Part shown: positions 43,479 through 52,404 of the stretch, one piece after another
Position numbering within the stretch: the first letter of the stretch is position 1
Layout of the letters: the number at the start of each line of letters is the position of its first letter
DNA from: an uncultured Desulfatitalea sp.
GTDB taxonomy: Bacteria > Desulfobacterota > Desulfobacteria > Desulfobacterales > Desulfosarcinaceae
Direction of reading: 5' to 3'
Assembly (NCBI GenBank): GCA_963668675.2
Contig: CAXXMB010000001.1
Coordinates: 608,001 to 672,000, forward strand
DNA length: 64,000 nt
Made by a program: the position numbers and the translations under genes
Notes under the pieces: generated by a model
The model's input: the letters and a program-made list of their open reading frames with translations, nothing else
What the model was told of the DNA's origin: nothing
Databases searched by the model: none

Positions 43479-43639
43479 GCGTTGCGGCCGGCTTTTTTGA
43501 TTAGAACGCTGACGTTCGGTGGTTGTTTGAGATTTTGGCGTGTTGATAAAACGCAATGAATTTATTACAATATGAGTGTGTTAACCATAGGGGATTGCCA
43601 TCTCCAAGTCAAGGGAAGAAGCGTCTGGGCATGGCCCAG

Positions 43640-43682
43640 AAAAAAGAGGGGAGTCTTTGCCGTTTACCGCAAAGGCTCCCCT
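43640..43682 (-). terminator. Rho-independent terminator after the H1-like protein gene
   Basis: Minus strand AGGGGAGCCTTTGC-N8-GCAAAGACTCCCCT-CTTTTTT. Confidence 0.8.
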
Positions 43683-43715
43683 GGATCGGTTGCAGCATTT
43701 CAGTGCAGCCTTTTT

Positions 43716-45119
43716 TTACTCTTTTGGCGGCTTCTCAGGCGTCGTCTCTTCCGTCTCTTCTGCATCTTCCGCCGCCGCCGCTGCCTTCTCTCTCTCTAAT
43801 TTTGCTGCCTCAAGAGCGGCTGCAACAGTGGCAGTTTTCTGGTTGATCACTTCGAGCTGTGCGGGATCGCTGGTGAGCCGTTTCACCTGGTCAAGACTCT
43901 TCAGGGCCGATTCGAGCGATTTGATGTCGGTTTTGCTGGCCTCCACCTCGGCCTTATAGAGAAGCGTCATGCGTTGGATATAGGTTATGCGGTTTCGCAC
44001 TGCGTCGCGCATCTCTTTCGTCAATGCATATTGTTCCGCCTTTTCAAGATCATCGGTGATGGCCTTGTAATCCGGTAGACCGGCGACTTCAAGCAGTGTG
44101 TCAGCTTTGTTCAGGTAATATCCGAAAATGATGGGAAAAATCTCATTTCTTCGGTACTCTTCCTTGATCGGATCGGCCAGCTGATAGCCGTGCAGGACGG
44201 CGAAGAAGCTCCTTCCCGTTGGGGAGAAGTTGCCTTTCTCGATCTCAACCGCCGCCCCGTGTGAGGTGATAAAATATTTGGCGCTGTTGGTGAAGCTGGC
44301 CCAGATGATCATCAGAACCACTGCGGCTGCAAAGACGGCACCGATTTTAGCGGCGCGCAGGACCGGGTCGACCGGCTCTTTCTCAGGTTGGGCAGGCATC
44401 TCTACCGGCGGCACAGGCGCAGACGGTCCTATCGCTGTTTCCTTTTCGGCCGGAGGTTCGGTTTTTGACTCGGTAGCCGAATCCTCTTCCGTTTTTGTCT
44501 CTAATGCTTTTTCGGGCTCCGGTTCAGGTTCCGGTTCAGATACGGGCGATGCCATTTCGATGCTGGTTTCGGCTTCAGGCGCCTTTACTTCTGCCGGCGA
44601 CTCCGCCGGTTCAGGTTCGGCCGTGGTCGGTGGTTCGATTTTTGACTCAAAAGCCTCCGGCGGTTTGGCCGAAGCCTTTATGTCGGCCATATCGAATTTT
44701 TTAGAGAGAAGTTCCCTCAGGCGTTCTGCCTCTGCAGGATCGTCGGTGTCGATGAATGGCGGGGCCGTCAAACCGGATAGATCCGGTTCGGTAGGCTTTC
44801 CAACTGCCGGTGGCATCTTTCCATCGAACTTTTTAAAGAGAAGTTCCCTCAGCGTTGGTTTCTTTGCAGGCGTTTTAGCTGCCTTGGGGGGGGTTTTAGC
44901 GCTCTTTGCGGTTTTGGTAGGCTTGGTGGCCTTGGTTGTTTTCGTTGCTTTGGTTTGCTTTTTGGCACTTTTTTTTGCGGCAGCTGGTTTGGCTGATGCT
45001 TTTTTGGAAGCATTTGATTTCGCCGCAGCTTTTTTAGCGCTCTTCTTTTTCGATTTTGCCTTCTCTTTTTCAGTTTCCGATTTTTTGGCCGTGGATTTAA
45101 TCAAGCTGTCCTTGCCCAT
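43716..45119 (-). CDS. Hypothetical membrane protein with a histone H1-like K/A-rich N-terminus, an acidic P/E linker, a single TM and a helical C-domain
   Basis: KKSAKKAAAK...KATKTTKATKPTK repeats, EPEPEPEPE, TM IGAVFAAAVVLMIIWASF; has its own terminator. Confidence 0.85.
   Translation of the reverse strand: MGKDSLIKSTAKKSETEKEKAKSKKKSAKKAAAKSNASKKASAKPAAAKKSAKKQTKATKTTKATKPTKTAKSAKTPPKAAKTPAKKPTLRELLFKKFDGKMPPAVGKPTEPDLSGLTAPPFIDTDDPAEAERLRELLSKKFDMADIKASAKPPEAFESKIEPPTTAEPEPAESPAEVKAPEAETSIEMASPVSEPEPEPEPEKALETKTEEDSATESKTEPPAEKETAIGPSAPVPPVEMPAQPEKEPVDPVLRAAKIGAVFAAAVVLMIIWASFTNSAKYFITSHGAAVEIEKGNFSPTGRSFFAVLHGYQLADPIKEEYRRNEIFPIIFGYYLNKADTLLEVAGLPDYKAITDDLEKAEQYALTKEMRDAVRNRITYIQRMTLLYKAEVEASKTDIKSLESALKSLDQVKRLTSDPAQLEVINQKTATVAAALEAAKLEREKAAAAAEDAEETEETTPEKPPKE
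44691..44852. repeat. 30-bp intragenic direct repeat (28/30 identical, 132 bp apart) encoding LRELL(F/S)KKFD
   Basis: atcgaattttttagagagaagttccctcag (44691-44720) versus atcgaactttttaaagagaagttccctcag (44823-44852). Confidence 0.85.
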
Positions 45120-45328
45120 ACTTTGCCCCTTTGCAATTATATAAATTTACATGTATTTTTGGCATCGCTGAACGAGGTGTCAACATAAAGGATCGCCCTT
45201 TTTTTGTAAACCCTTTTTTCCGCTAAAACCTTGCGCAGCGGCTGTTTGAGCCTACGATAAGCAGTGTAATCTGCTATCAAGGCTTACCACATAAAGGTCA
45301 AATCGATACCAGCCGAAGGGAACCTGAA

Positions 45329-46168
45329 ATGAGAAAGAGCAGATCTGCCTCTCTGGAAAATAAAGAGCGCGTGCTAAAAAAAGTCCTATCGGTGTATCGC
45401 TCCATGGGGGTCGCCTTCTCCGGCGGTGTCGACAGCACGTTGCTGCTTGCCGCAGCAAAAAAAGGTCTCGGTGATCGAGTTGTCGCATTCACCGCAGTCT
45501 CGAATATCCATCCCAGCGGTGAAAAGGAGTTGGCCATTGAAATGGCCAAACAACTGGGCGTGCGCCACGTATTGATCCCCACTCATGAACTCGACAATCC
45601 TGACTTCGTCGATAACGGTGTGGACCGATGCTATCATTGCAAGCGGCAACTCTTTTTAGCGATATTAGAACAGTCCGCAACCCTTGGAATTAACGTCATC
45701 GCACATGGTGCCAATCTGGACGATGTGTCGGACGTAAGACCGGGCTTTCGCGCTGCCCGGGAGCTTTCGGTCGCAGCACCTTTGATCGATGCCGGGTTGA
45801 CCAAAGCCGATGTACGGCAATTGGCAAGGAAGTGGGGATTGGCCAATTGGGACCGGCCGTCTATGGCGTGTTTGGCTACGCGGATACCATACGGTACAAT
45901 GATACGTTTGGAGATGCTGCAGCAGATCGACCGTGCCGAAGCGATGCTTCGCAGGTTTGGTGTCGGGCAGTGCCGGGTGCGTCACTACGGCAATATGGCC
46001 AGAATCGAGACAGACGCGGTGTGGATAGAGCGAATGGCAAACCCTCCGCTTCGTCAGCAGATTGTGCAGGGGTTGCAAGCGCTTGGATACCAGCATGTCT
46101 GTTTGGACTTGGAGGGGTATCTGTCCGGAAAAATGAATCGTGGTAAAGGTCCGTCCGAGCGTTCATGA
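45329..46168 (+). CDS. larE: LarE-family ATP-dependent sulfur transferase (TIGR00268-like PP-loop)
   Basis: AFSGGVDS PP-loop, RCYHCK, DVRPG, ACLATRIPYG, RVRHYG. Confidence 0.9.
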   Translation: MRKSRSASLENKERVLKKVLSVYRSMGVAFSGGVDSTLLLAAAKKGLGDRVVAFTAVSNIHPSGEKELAIEMAKQLGVRHVLIPTHELDNPDFVDNGVDRCYHCKRQLFLAILEQSATLGINVIAHGANLDDVSDVRPGFRAARELSVAAPLIDAGLTKADVRQLARKWGLANWDRPSMACLATRIPYGTMIRLEMLQQIDRAEAMLRRFGVGQCRVRHYGNMARIETDAVWIERMANPPLRQQIVQGLQALGYQHVCLDLEGYLSGKMNRGKGPSERS

Positions 46169-46185
46169 CGCCCGATGCGGCACGC

Positions 46186-46395
46186 TCATTTTTGGGGCTC
46201 TGCCAACTGCAGTATCGCCTTTTCGATCACCTCCGATGTCGTTCCGTTGGTACGGCGTTTCTCCCGATTGAGAATGATTTGGGCTTTAAGCGATATCATG
46301 GCGGACACTTGCTTTTTCCCATCTTTCTTCTGGCGTTCACGCCACCTTTGCTGGCGCTCCCGATCGGTTTTGCGGCGCTGATTCAACGTGGCCAT
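46186..46395 (-). CDS. Small basic hypothetical protein, possible ribbon-helix-helix DNA binder
   Basis: AGGAG SD; RERQQRWRERQKKDGKKQVSAMIS...TTSEVIEKAI. Confidence 0.65.
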   Translation of the reverse strand: MATLNQRRKTDRERQQRWRERQKKDGKKQVSAMISLKAQIILNREKRRTNGTTSEVIEKAILQLAEPQK

Positions 46396-46798
46396 GGGCG
46401 AGCTTCTCCTGAAAGCCTACTTGAGTTGGGTTGTCGGGATAATGAGTTATCTGTAACGCTGGTATTAACTTGTGCTTTAGAACGCATCAAAAGTCAATGC
46501 GATTGAGGGAATTATCTGTACATCGTTGCAAGACGTCTCATTGCGGTGAGTCAGCGCAAAGGCCATTTGGGGGCCGTGGGGTATTGTAACGCCTCAAATA
46601 GGGCTTGTTAAAAAAACCATTTATTGTTAATAAGTTACCTTTGAACTGGTGCTTGTTTGAAACAAACCATGTCACCGGCTTGTGATTGATTGAATAGAGA
46701 CAACGCACCAGTTTGCGTTCGACGGTCACGGCAAGGTGTGCCGGTCGGCTGTAGTGTTCGAATCTGATTGAATTTGGCAAGAGACATCAAGGATCGTC

Positions 46799-47269
46799 AT
46801 GGCGGATCTGCTGGTTCGTTTATATCGGTTACCCGAGATAGAGCCCCATCTTCTGGCATTGGAACAGAAGGGAGTCACTGTGCGACGCGCCATGGCTTAT
46901 GAGCGGCGTAAGGTGATGCGTTGGGTGGAAGACAGCTTCGGGGCGCTTTGGGCCGGTGAGAGTGCCACGGCCTTTGGCCGTCAGCCCATCGGTTGTTACC
47001 TCGCCATCTCTGAGGAACGGATCGTGGGTTTCAGTTGCCTGGAGTGTACGTTTAAAAACTTCGTCGGCCCCATAGGCGTCTCTCAAGGCCACCGTACCGC
47101 TGGTGTGGGACGCGCCCTGCTCTTGGCCTGTTTGAGAGAGATGGCGCTGTCCGGATACGCCTACGCCATTGTCGGTGATGCCGGGGAGCCGGCCTTTTTC
47201 GAAAAGGCTGCGGGCGCATCCGTGATCAACGGGTCAATACCGGGACCCTATCCACCCAAGCTTAAATAG
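46799..47269 (+). CDS. GNAT-family N-acetyltransferase
   Basis: MADLLVRLY, VGPIGVSQGHRTAGVGRALL (motif A), GYAYAIVG. Confidence 0.88.
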   Translation: MADLLVRLYRLPEIEPHLLALEQKGVTVRRAMAYERRKVMRWVEDSFGALWAGESATAFGRQPIGCYLAISEERIVGFSCLECTFKNFVGPIGVSQGHRTAGVGRALLLACLREMALSGYAYAIVGDAGEPAFFEKAAGASVINGSIPGPYPPKLK

Positions 47270-47328
47270 CAGGCCAATACAGACTTCGAATGGAAATCAA
47301 AAGAGAGCGGTGGGGGAGTAGATGTGTA

Positions 47329-48555
47329 ATGGGTTTTGAAACGTTCATAGCCAGACGGTTTTTAAAGATAAAAAATCAGCGCAAACTGGTCCCCGTGATC
47401 ACCATATTGGCAACGTTAGGCGTCACGGTAGGGGTAATGGTTTTGATAGTGGTCATCGCCGTTATGACCGGTTTTCAGTCGGAACTGAAAAGCCGTATCC
47501 TGAATATCGATTCCCACATCATGGTGATGCGATTCAATGATTGGATCAGAGATTACAACACGGCTCTCGATCGAATTGGCCGGATCCAGGGGGTGGAATC
47601 TGCCTCGCCGTTTGTCTATGCCCATGGCATGCTGAGAGCTTCCGATGGCGTGTCGGGGGTGGTCTTGCGCGGCGTCGATCCTGAGCGCACAGGTGTGCGC
47701 GTCAACGTGGGCGGCGGCCAACGCATCGGCGATCTGTTGGAGATGAGGGATGGCGGCACCGCTGAAACCGGTGTGGTTCTGGGTAAGGTGCTTGCGGATA
47801 AATTGAACGTCGGGGTCGGCAGCAGCGTCCTGCTCGTAGTGGCCGATGCCCGTCAGACCAGTTTTCGCGTGTTACCGAAGAGCCAGCGCCTGAAGGTTGT
47901 GGGGCTTTTTGAGACCGGCATGCACCAATACGACGGTACCATGGGATTTGTGCGCTTCGACCGTTTGCAACAGATGGTCGGAGTGTCCGATCTGGCTACC
48001 GGGTTGGAGGTGCGGGTCAAACATCCAGATGATGTGGCCAAGATCAGCCGTGAGATTCTTTCGTCTTTGGGGGACAGTTACTGGGCCACCCATTGGATAC
48101 GGATGCACCATAATCTGTTCTCCATGTTGGGTGTGCAGAAGGTGATGATGTATGTCATTCTGACCCTGATCATTCTGGTAGCCGCTTTCAATATCGCCAG
48201 CGCCCTCATCATGATGGTCAAAGAAAAAGTTAAAGATATCGCAATTTTGAAGGTGATGGGAGCCAGCAACAGAAACATCATGAACATATTTTTAAAGAAG
48301 GGCATGACCATCGGTATGGTCGGGATCGGATTGGGCGGCTGCGCCGGCCTGCTGCTCTGTTGGATTCTCGCCCAATATCCGATTATCGAACTGCCGGGCG
48401 ATGTCTATTTCCTCACCACATTGCCAGTGAAGATCACACTGGCCGATCTGGCTGTGATCGGGATAGGGACCTTTGGCATTTGTGTGTGCGCTTCACTCTA
48501 CCCTGCATGGAAAGCGGCCAAATTGAGACCGGCTGATGGCGTTCGATATCGTTGA
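47329..48555 (+). CDS. LolC/E-family lipoprotein-releasing ABC permease
   Basis: FETFIARRFL, GVMVLIVVIAVMTGF, VAAFNI, KDIAILKVMGA, LYPAWKAAKL; start moved to 47329. Confidence 0.92.
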   Translation: MGFETFIARRFLKIKNQRKLVPVITILATLGVTVGVMVLIVVIAVMTGFQSELKSRILNIDSHIMVMRFNDWIRDYNTALDRIGRIQGVESASPFVYAHGMLRASDGVSGVVLRGVDPERTGVRVNVGGGQRIGDLLEMRDGGTAETGVVLGKVLADKLNVGVGSSVLLVVADARQTSFRVLPKSQRLKVVGLFETGMHQYDGTMGFVRFDRLQQMVGVSDLATGLEVRVKHPDDVAKISREILSSLGDSYWATHWIRMHHNLFSMLGVQKVMMYVILTLIILVAAFNIASALIMMVKEKVKDIAILKVMGASNRNIMNIFLKKGMTIGMVGIGLGGCAGLLLCWILAQYPIIELPGDVYFLTTLPVKITLADLAVIGIGTFGICVCASLYPAWKAAKLRPADGVRYR

Positions 48556-48603
48556 CCATCATGCCCGAATCTTTTCACCATTTCCAATCGACGGGATAAT
48601 TCA

Positions 48604-49056
48604 GTGGGTAAATTTTTAAAGGTTATATTGATCACGCTTTTTGTGTCTCTCGTTGTTTTTGCCGCCATCGCCGAAAGGCCCATCGCAGTAAAATTGATGA
48701 CGGGTCTGAATTTGGCGCTCTATCTGCGCCTGGTCGTCCTGCTGGGTTTGGTAATCGCCGTGTTTCTGGCATGGGGCTACAAGCGCAAGATAGAGGCATC
48801 CCAGAAATATGTTCGTGCACAGGAGATTGTCGACCAGGCTGGTGAAAAGGCTGAGCGGGCCAAACGGGAAAATGAACGGATGGAGGAGAAGCTCAAGGCC
48901 GAATACGATCAAAAAAAACTGAATTTGGACGAACAACTTTTGCAGATGAGACATGAATATGAAGAGCGCATCCGGGGCTTAAAAGAGCAAAACATTGAAT
49001 TAAAGGAGTCGGTCGGAAAGCTCATGCATTTGGTTAAAAAAAACAAGGTCTCTTGA
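48604..49056 (+). CDS. Hypothetical membrane protein (2 TMs plus a long coiled coil)
   Basis: Hydrophobic N-terminal half, E/K-rich heptad C-terminal half. Confidence 0.7.
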   Translation: MGKFLKVILITLFVSLVVFAAIAERPIAVKLMTGLNLALYLRLVVLLGLVIAVFLAWGYKRKIEASQKYVRAQEIVDQAGEKAERAKRENERMEEKLKAEYDQKKLNLDEQLLQMRHEYEERIRGLKEQNIELKESVGKLMHLVKKNKVS

Positions 49057-49195
49057 AAGCATCGCAAGGTTGTTGGTCAGATACGCGGATTGTGCTAAAG
49101 TTCACTAATGTTGTCCAATTTTTTAGGCGAATAAAAATTGGTTTACAACAATTGAGATTCGGATCGACAAATCGGAATGAAGGGAAGGTGCTGCC

Positions 49196-49906
49196 ATGAT
49201 CAATCGGAGTCCGTTCCAGTTTCACTATCAATTTCAGTTTTTGAATGGACAGATCAAAGACTATCGGATCTCATTGGACCCGGATTCATTGAGCCTTATT
49301 CCTTTAGCCTCTGCTGCCGAGACACCGGAGTGGGTGCATCTTGAATACAAACAGTGCCGGGATTGCCCCCTTCAGTCGGATGCCCATAAAAATTGCCCCA
49401 TCGCCGTGAATATTATGGAGCTGGTCGAAACGTTCAAGACCGTCTTTTCGTACCATGACTGCACGGTTGTATGCGAGACAGCAGAGCGTTCCTATTTGAA
49501 AAAGACATCGGTGATGGAGGGGTTGTCGGCCATATTCGGTGTCATCATGGCGACAAGCGATTGTCCGGTCATGGAGTTCTTGAAACCCATGGCGCGCTTT
49601 CATCTGCCCTTTGCCACCATTGAGGAGACCACCGTACGTACAGCGTCCATGTACCTGTTGGCGCAATATTTCAAGTATAAAAACCAACCCGGGATGAAGT
49701 TTGACTTCAAGACGCTGGAGAGACACTACAGCAAGGTCCAGGTGGTCAACGAGGGATTATTGGATCGCATCAACAGTGTCAGCAGTGAGGATGCGGATAA
49801 GAACGCCATAGTGACACTGCACTCACTTTCACAGTTCCTGTCCATGGAGATGGACTACAGTTTAAGCGGGTTGGAGTATATTTTTGCCGGACGCTTTGCC
49901 GATTGA
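49196..49906 (+). CDS. Conserved Cys-motif protein, paralogue 1 (resembles the DUF6901 family; from memory, unverified)
   Basis: W..L...CRDCPL-x7-CP, SDCP, LKPMARFHLPFA. Confidence 0.8.
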   Translation: MINRSPFQFHYQFQFLNGQIKDYRISLDPDSLSLIPLASAAETPEWVHLEYKQCRDCPLQSDAHKNCPIAVNIMELVETFKTVFSYHDCTVVCETAERSYLKKTSVMEGLSAIFGVIMATSDCPVMEFLKPMARFHLPFATIEETTVRTASMYLLAQYFKYKNQPGMKFDFKTLERHYSKVQVVNEGLLDRINSVSSEDADKNAIVTLHSLSQFLSMEMDYSLSGLEYIFAGRFAD

Positions 49907-49925
49907 CGGTGATGGCCCATAGCGG

Positions 49926-50642
49926 ATGAACATGCGAAACATCGAGATCGAGTACCGTTTTCAGATAGAAGGCGACCAGAGCGAGTCCTATCAGGTGATC
50001 CTTGATCCACTAAGCCTTCAAATGGTGGAAACCGGTGCGCAAGTGATGCCCGAATGGACCAAACTGACATTTCATCAATGTGGCAACTGCCCCCTCGACA
50101 GCTTAAAGATATCTCGCTGTCCTGCTGCCGCCAATATGGTGCTGCTCGTTGAGCGTTTCAATCAGCTGCTCTCTTACGACAGCACGACCGTAATGGTTGT
50201 CACCGCCGAACGAAAGGTATTCAGTGAAACCACAGTGCAGCGGGGCGTATGCTCCCTGATGGGCCTGCTGATGGCTTCGAGTGGATGCCCCTTGACGGCT
50301 TTTTTTAAACCCATGGCCCGTTTTCACCTTCCCTTTGCAAGTACTGAAGAGACCATATGGCGGGCAACCTCCACCTATTTGCTGGCGCAATATTTTCAAC
50401 AGCAGGAGGGAATATCTCCCGATGTCTGTTTTCATGGATTGAGCGAAATTTACGACCAGATCCAAACCGTCAATCAAGCTTTTGCCAAGCGGCTGCGTTC
50501 CGCTTGCCGGCACGACTCCATGATCAATGCCATTATTCTGCTGGATATGTTCGCCAAATCGATGCCGACGGCAATCGAGGATTCGCTGGAGGATATTCGC
50601 CATCTTTTCGAACCCTATTTGTTGAGTTCATCCCCTTCATGA
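49926..50642 (+). CDS. Conserved Cys-motif protein, paralogue 2 (same family)
   Basis: W..L...CGNCPL-x7-CP, SGCP, FKPMARFHLPFA. Confidence 0.8.
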   Translation: MNMRNIEIEYRFQIEGDQSESYQVILDPLSLQMVETGAQVMPEWTKLTFHQCGNCPLDSLKISRCPAAANMVLLVERFNQLLSYDSTTVMVVTAERKVFSETTVQRGVCSLMGLLMASSGCPLTAFFKPMARFHLPFASTEETIWRATSTYLLAQYFQQQEGISPDVCFHGLSEIYDQIQTVNQAFAKRLRSACRHDSMINAIILLDMFAKSMPTAIEDSLEDIRHLFEPYLLSSSPS

Positions 50643-50684
50643 TACTGAAACGCAAAGAGACATTAGCGGAGAAAGAACAGTAAA

Positions 50685-52331
50685 TTGATAAACGTATTAA
50701 AATCATTCCTTGCCAAGTGCGGCTTGGCAAACAGAACCGATGAGCCGCAACCGATTGAACCGCCGCAAAACCAGCGTAAGCCGGAACGGCCCAACGAAAA
50801 GAGCGGCACGTCACGGGCCTCGAAGCAGGAAGAAAGGCCCGATGAGAAGCGTCCTCCCAGGCGGCCAAGGCGGGCAAAACAGAAAAAAAAGCCCGATGCG
50901 GCATTGGATCCCCAACCGGTCCGCCAATGGGACATCTCCTCATTCCAGGTGCTGCCCGCTGAAGGCAAGGTGCGCTTTCATGACCTCGGGCTGCCGGACA
51001 GTCTGATGCACGCCATTGCCGACTTAGGCTTTCAATACTGCACCCCCATCCAGGCGGAAATAATGCCGAGCACCTTGGCGGGGAAAGACGCCACCGGCCG
51101 CGCCCAGACCGGTACCGGCAAGACGGCGGCCTTCCTGATTACTGTGATTACCCGGCTGCTGGCGGAATCCCCTCAGGGGCAGATCAAAAAAGGATCGCCG
51201 CGGGTGCTTGTGCTTGGCCCTACGCGGGAATTGGTGATGCAGATCGCCGAAGAGGGACGCCAACTGGCCAAGTATACCGATCTGACCATCACCAGCGTTT
51301 TCGGCGGCATGGACTACGAAAAACAGCGGCGTCAGCTGAACCAGAAACAGAGCGACATCGTTGTCGCTACACCGGGACGTCTCCTCGATTACAAACGGCA
51401 GGGTGACGTTCGGCTGGACATGGTGCAGGTATTGATTATCGATGAAGCGGATCGCATGCTCGACATGGGGTTCATTCCCGACGTACGCAAAATCATTTAC
51501 GCCACTCCCCATAAGGACAAGCGCCAGACCCTGCTGTTCAGTGCAACCTTGACGCCGGAGGTGACACGCCTGACAGCTCAGTGGACAAGAAATCCCATCC
51601 AGGTTGAGATCGAACCGGAGCAGGTGGCCGTGGACTCCGTGGAACAGATCGTCTACATCGTCACACGCGACGAGAAGGCCGCACTTCTTTTCAACATTCT
51701 TCATCGCAAGGACTTGAAACAGGTAATTGTGTTCTGCAATCGAAAGGATGAAACGCGACGACTGGCCGATCTGTTTGTACGTTATCGTATCGATTGCGCG
51801 GTATTGTCCGGTGATATCCGCCAACGCACCAGAGTCAAAACACTTGAAGACTTCAAAGCCGGAAAGATCCGGGTGCTTGTGGCCACGGATGTGGCAGGCA
51901 GGGGGATCCATATTGAAGGCATGGACCATGTGATCAATTACACGCTGCCGCGCGACCCCGAGGACTATGTGCACCGTATCGGGCGGACCGGAAGAGCGGG
52001 CGCATCGGGCACCTCCATCAGTTTTGCCGATGAAGAGGACAGCTTCGTCATTCCGGCCATCGAAGAATTGATCGGGTATAAGCTTCCCTGCATCTATCCC
52101 GATGAGGAGTGGCTGGCACCATTGCCACCGCCTCCGCCAAGGCGAAAGACGCGGACGGATGATAACCAAACCAAACAGCCTCAAAGGCCTCGCTCTTCCA
52201 GCCGGGGGAGGAGAAGAGGGCCGAGCAGCCAGACTGGACGCAAACAGGGTGATCGATCCTCCCGTCCGCGATCAGGCTCCCCAAGAAGAGGGAGGGGAGG
52301 GCAGCCCAGAAATGTTCAAAAGAAGTCCTGA
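50685..52331 (+). CDS. DEAD-box RNA helicase (RhlB-like) with basic disordered N- and C-terminal tails
   Basis: [35 protein letters not shown] start uncertain. Confidence 0.95.
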   Translation: MINVLKSFLAKCGLANRTDEPQPIEPPQNQRKPERPNEKSGTSRASKQEERPDEKRPPRRPRRAKQKKKPDAALDPQPVRQWDISSFQVLPAEGKVRFHDLGLPDSLMHAIADLGFQYCTPIQAEIMPSTLAGKDATGRAQTGTGKTAAFLITVITRLLAESPQGQIKKGSPRVLVLGPTRELVMQIAEEGRQLAKYTDLTITSVFGGMDYEKQRRQLNQKQSDIVVATPGRLLDYKRQGDVRLDMVQVLIIDEADRMLDMGFIPDVRKIIYATPHKDKRQTLLFSATLTPEVTRLTAQWTRNPIQVEIEPEQVAVDSVEQIVYIVTRDEKAALLFNILHRKDLKQVIVFCNRKDETRRLADLFVRYRIDCAVLSGDIRQRTRVKTLEDFKAGKIRVLVATDVAGRGIHIEGMDHVINYTLPRDPEDYVHRIGRTGRAGASGTSISFADEEDSFVIPAIEELIGYKLPCIYPDEEWLAPLPPPPPRRKTRTDDNQTKQPQRPRSSSRGRRRGPSSQTGRKQGDRSSRPRSGSPRRGRGGQPRNVQKKS

Positions 52332-52404
52332 CCTTTTATATTGATTTGCACTGCCGTTCATTTCATTTATAAAACAGTGCCGTAATTGGGAGGTTGGCGC
52401 CATG

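Noticed and set aside
44230..45144. 304-aa plus-strand ORF (likewise 27511-28407 and 34991-35713)
   Set aside because: Antisense mirror of low-complexity K/A/P/E-rich coding sequence.
46186..47269. RHH-GNAT type II toxin-antitoxin pair
   Set aside because: The genes are divergent and 400 bp apart rather than a coupled operon, and the GNAT does not look like AtaT/TacT toxins.
51024..52184. 386-aa antisense ORF
   Set aside because: Lies entirely opposite the conserved DEAD-box helicase and has no motifs; typical antisense shadow.
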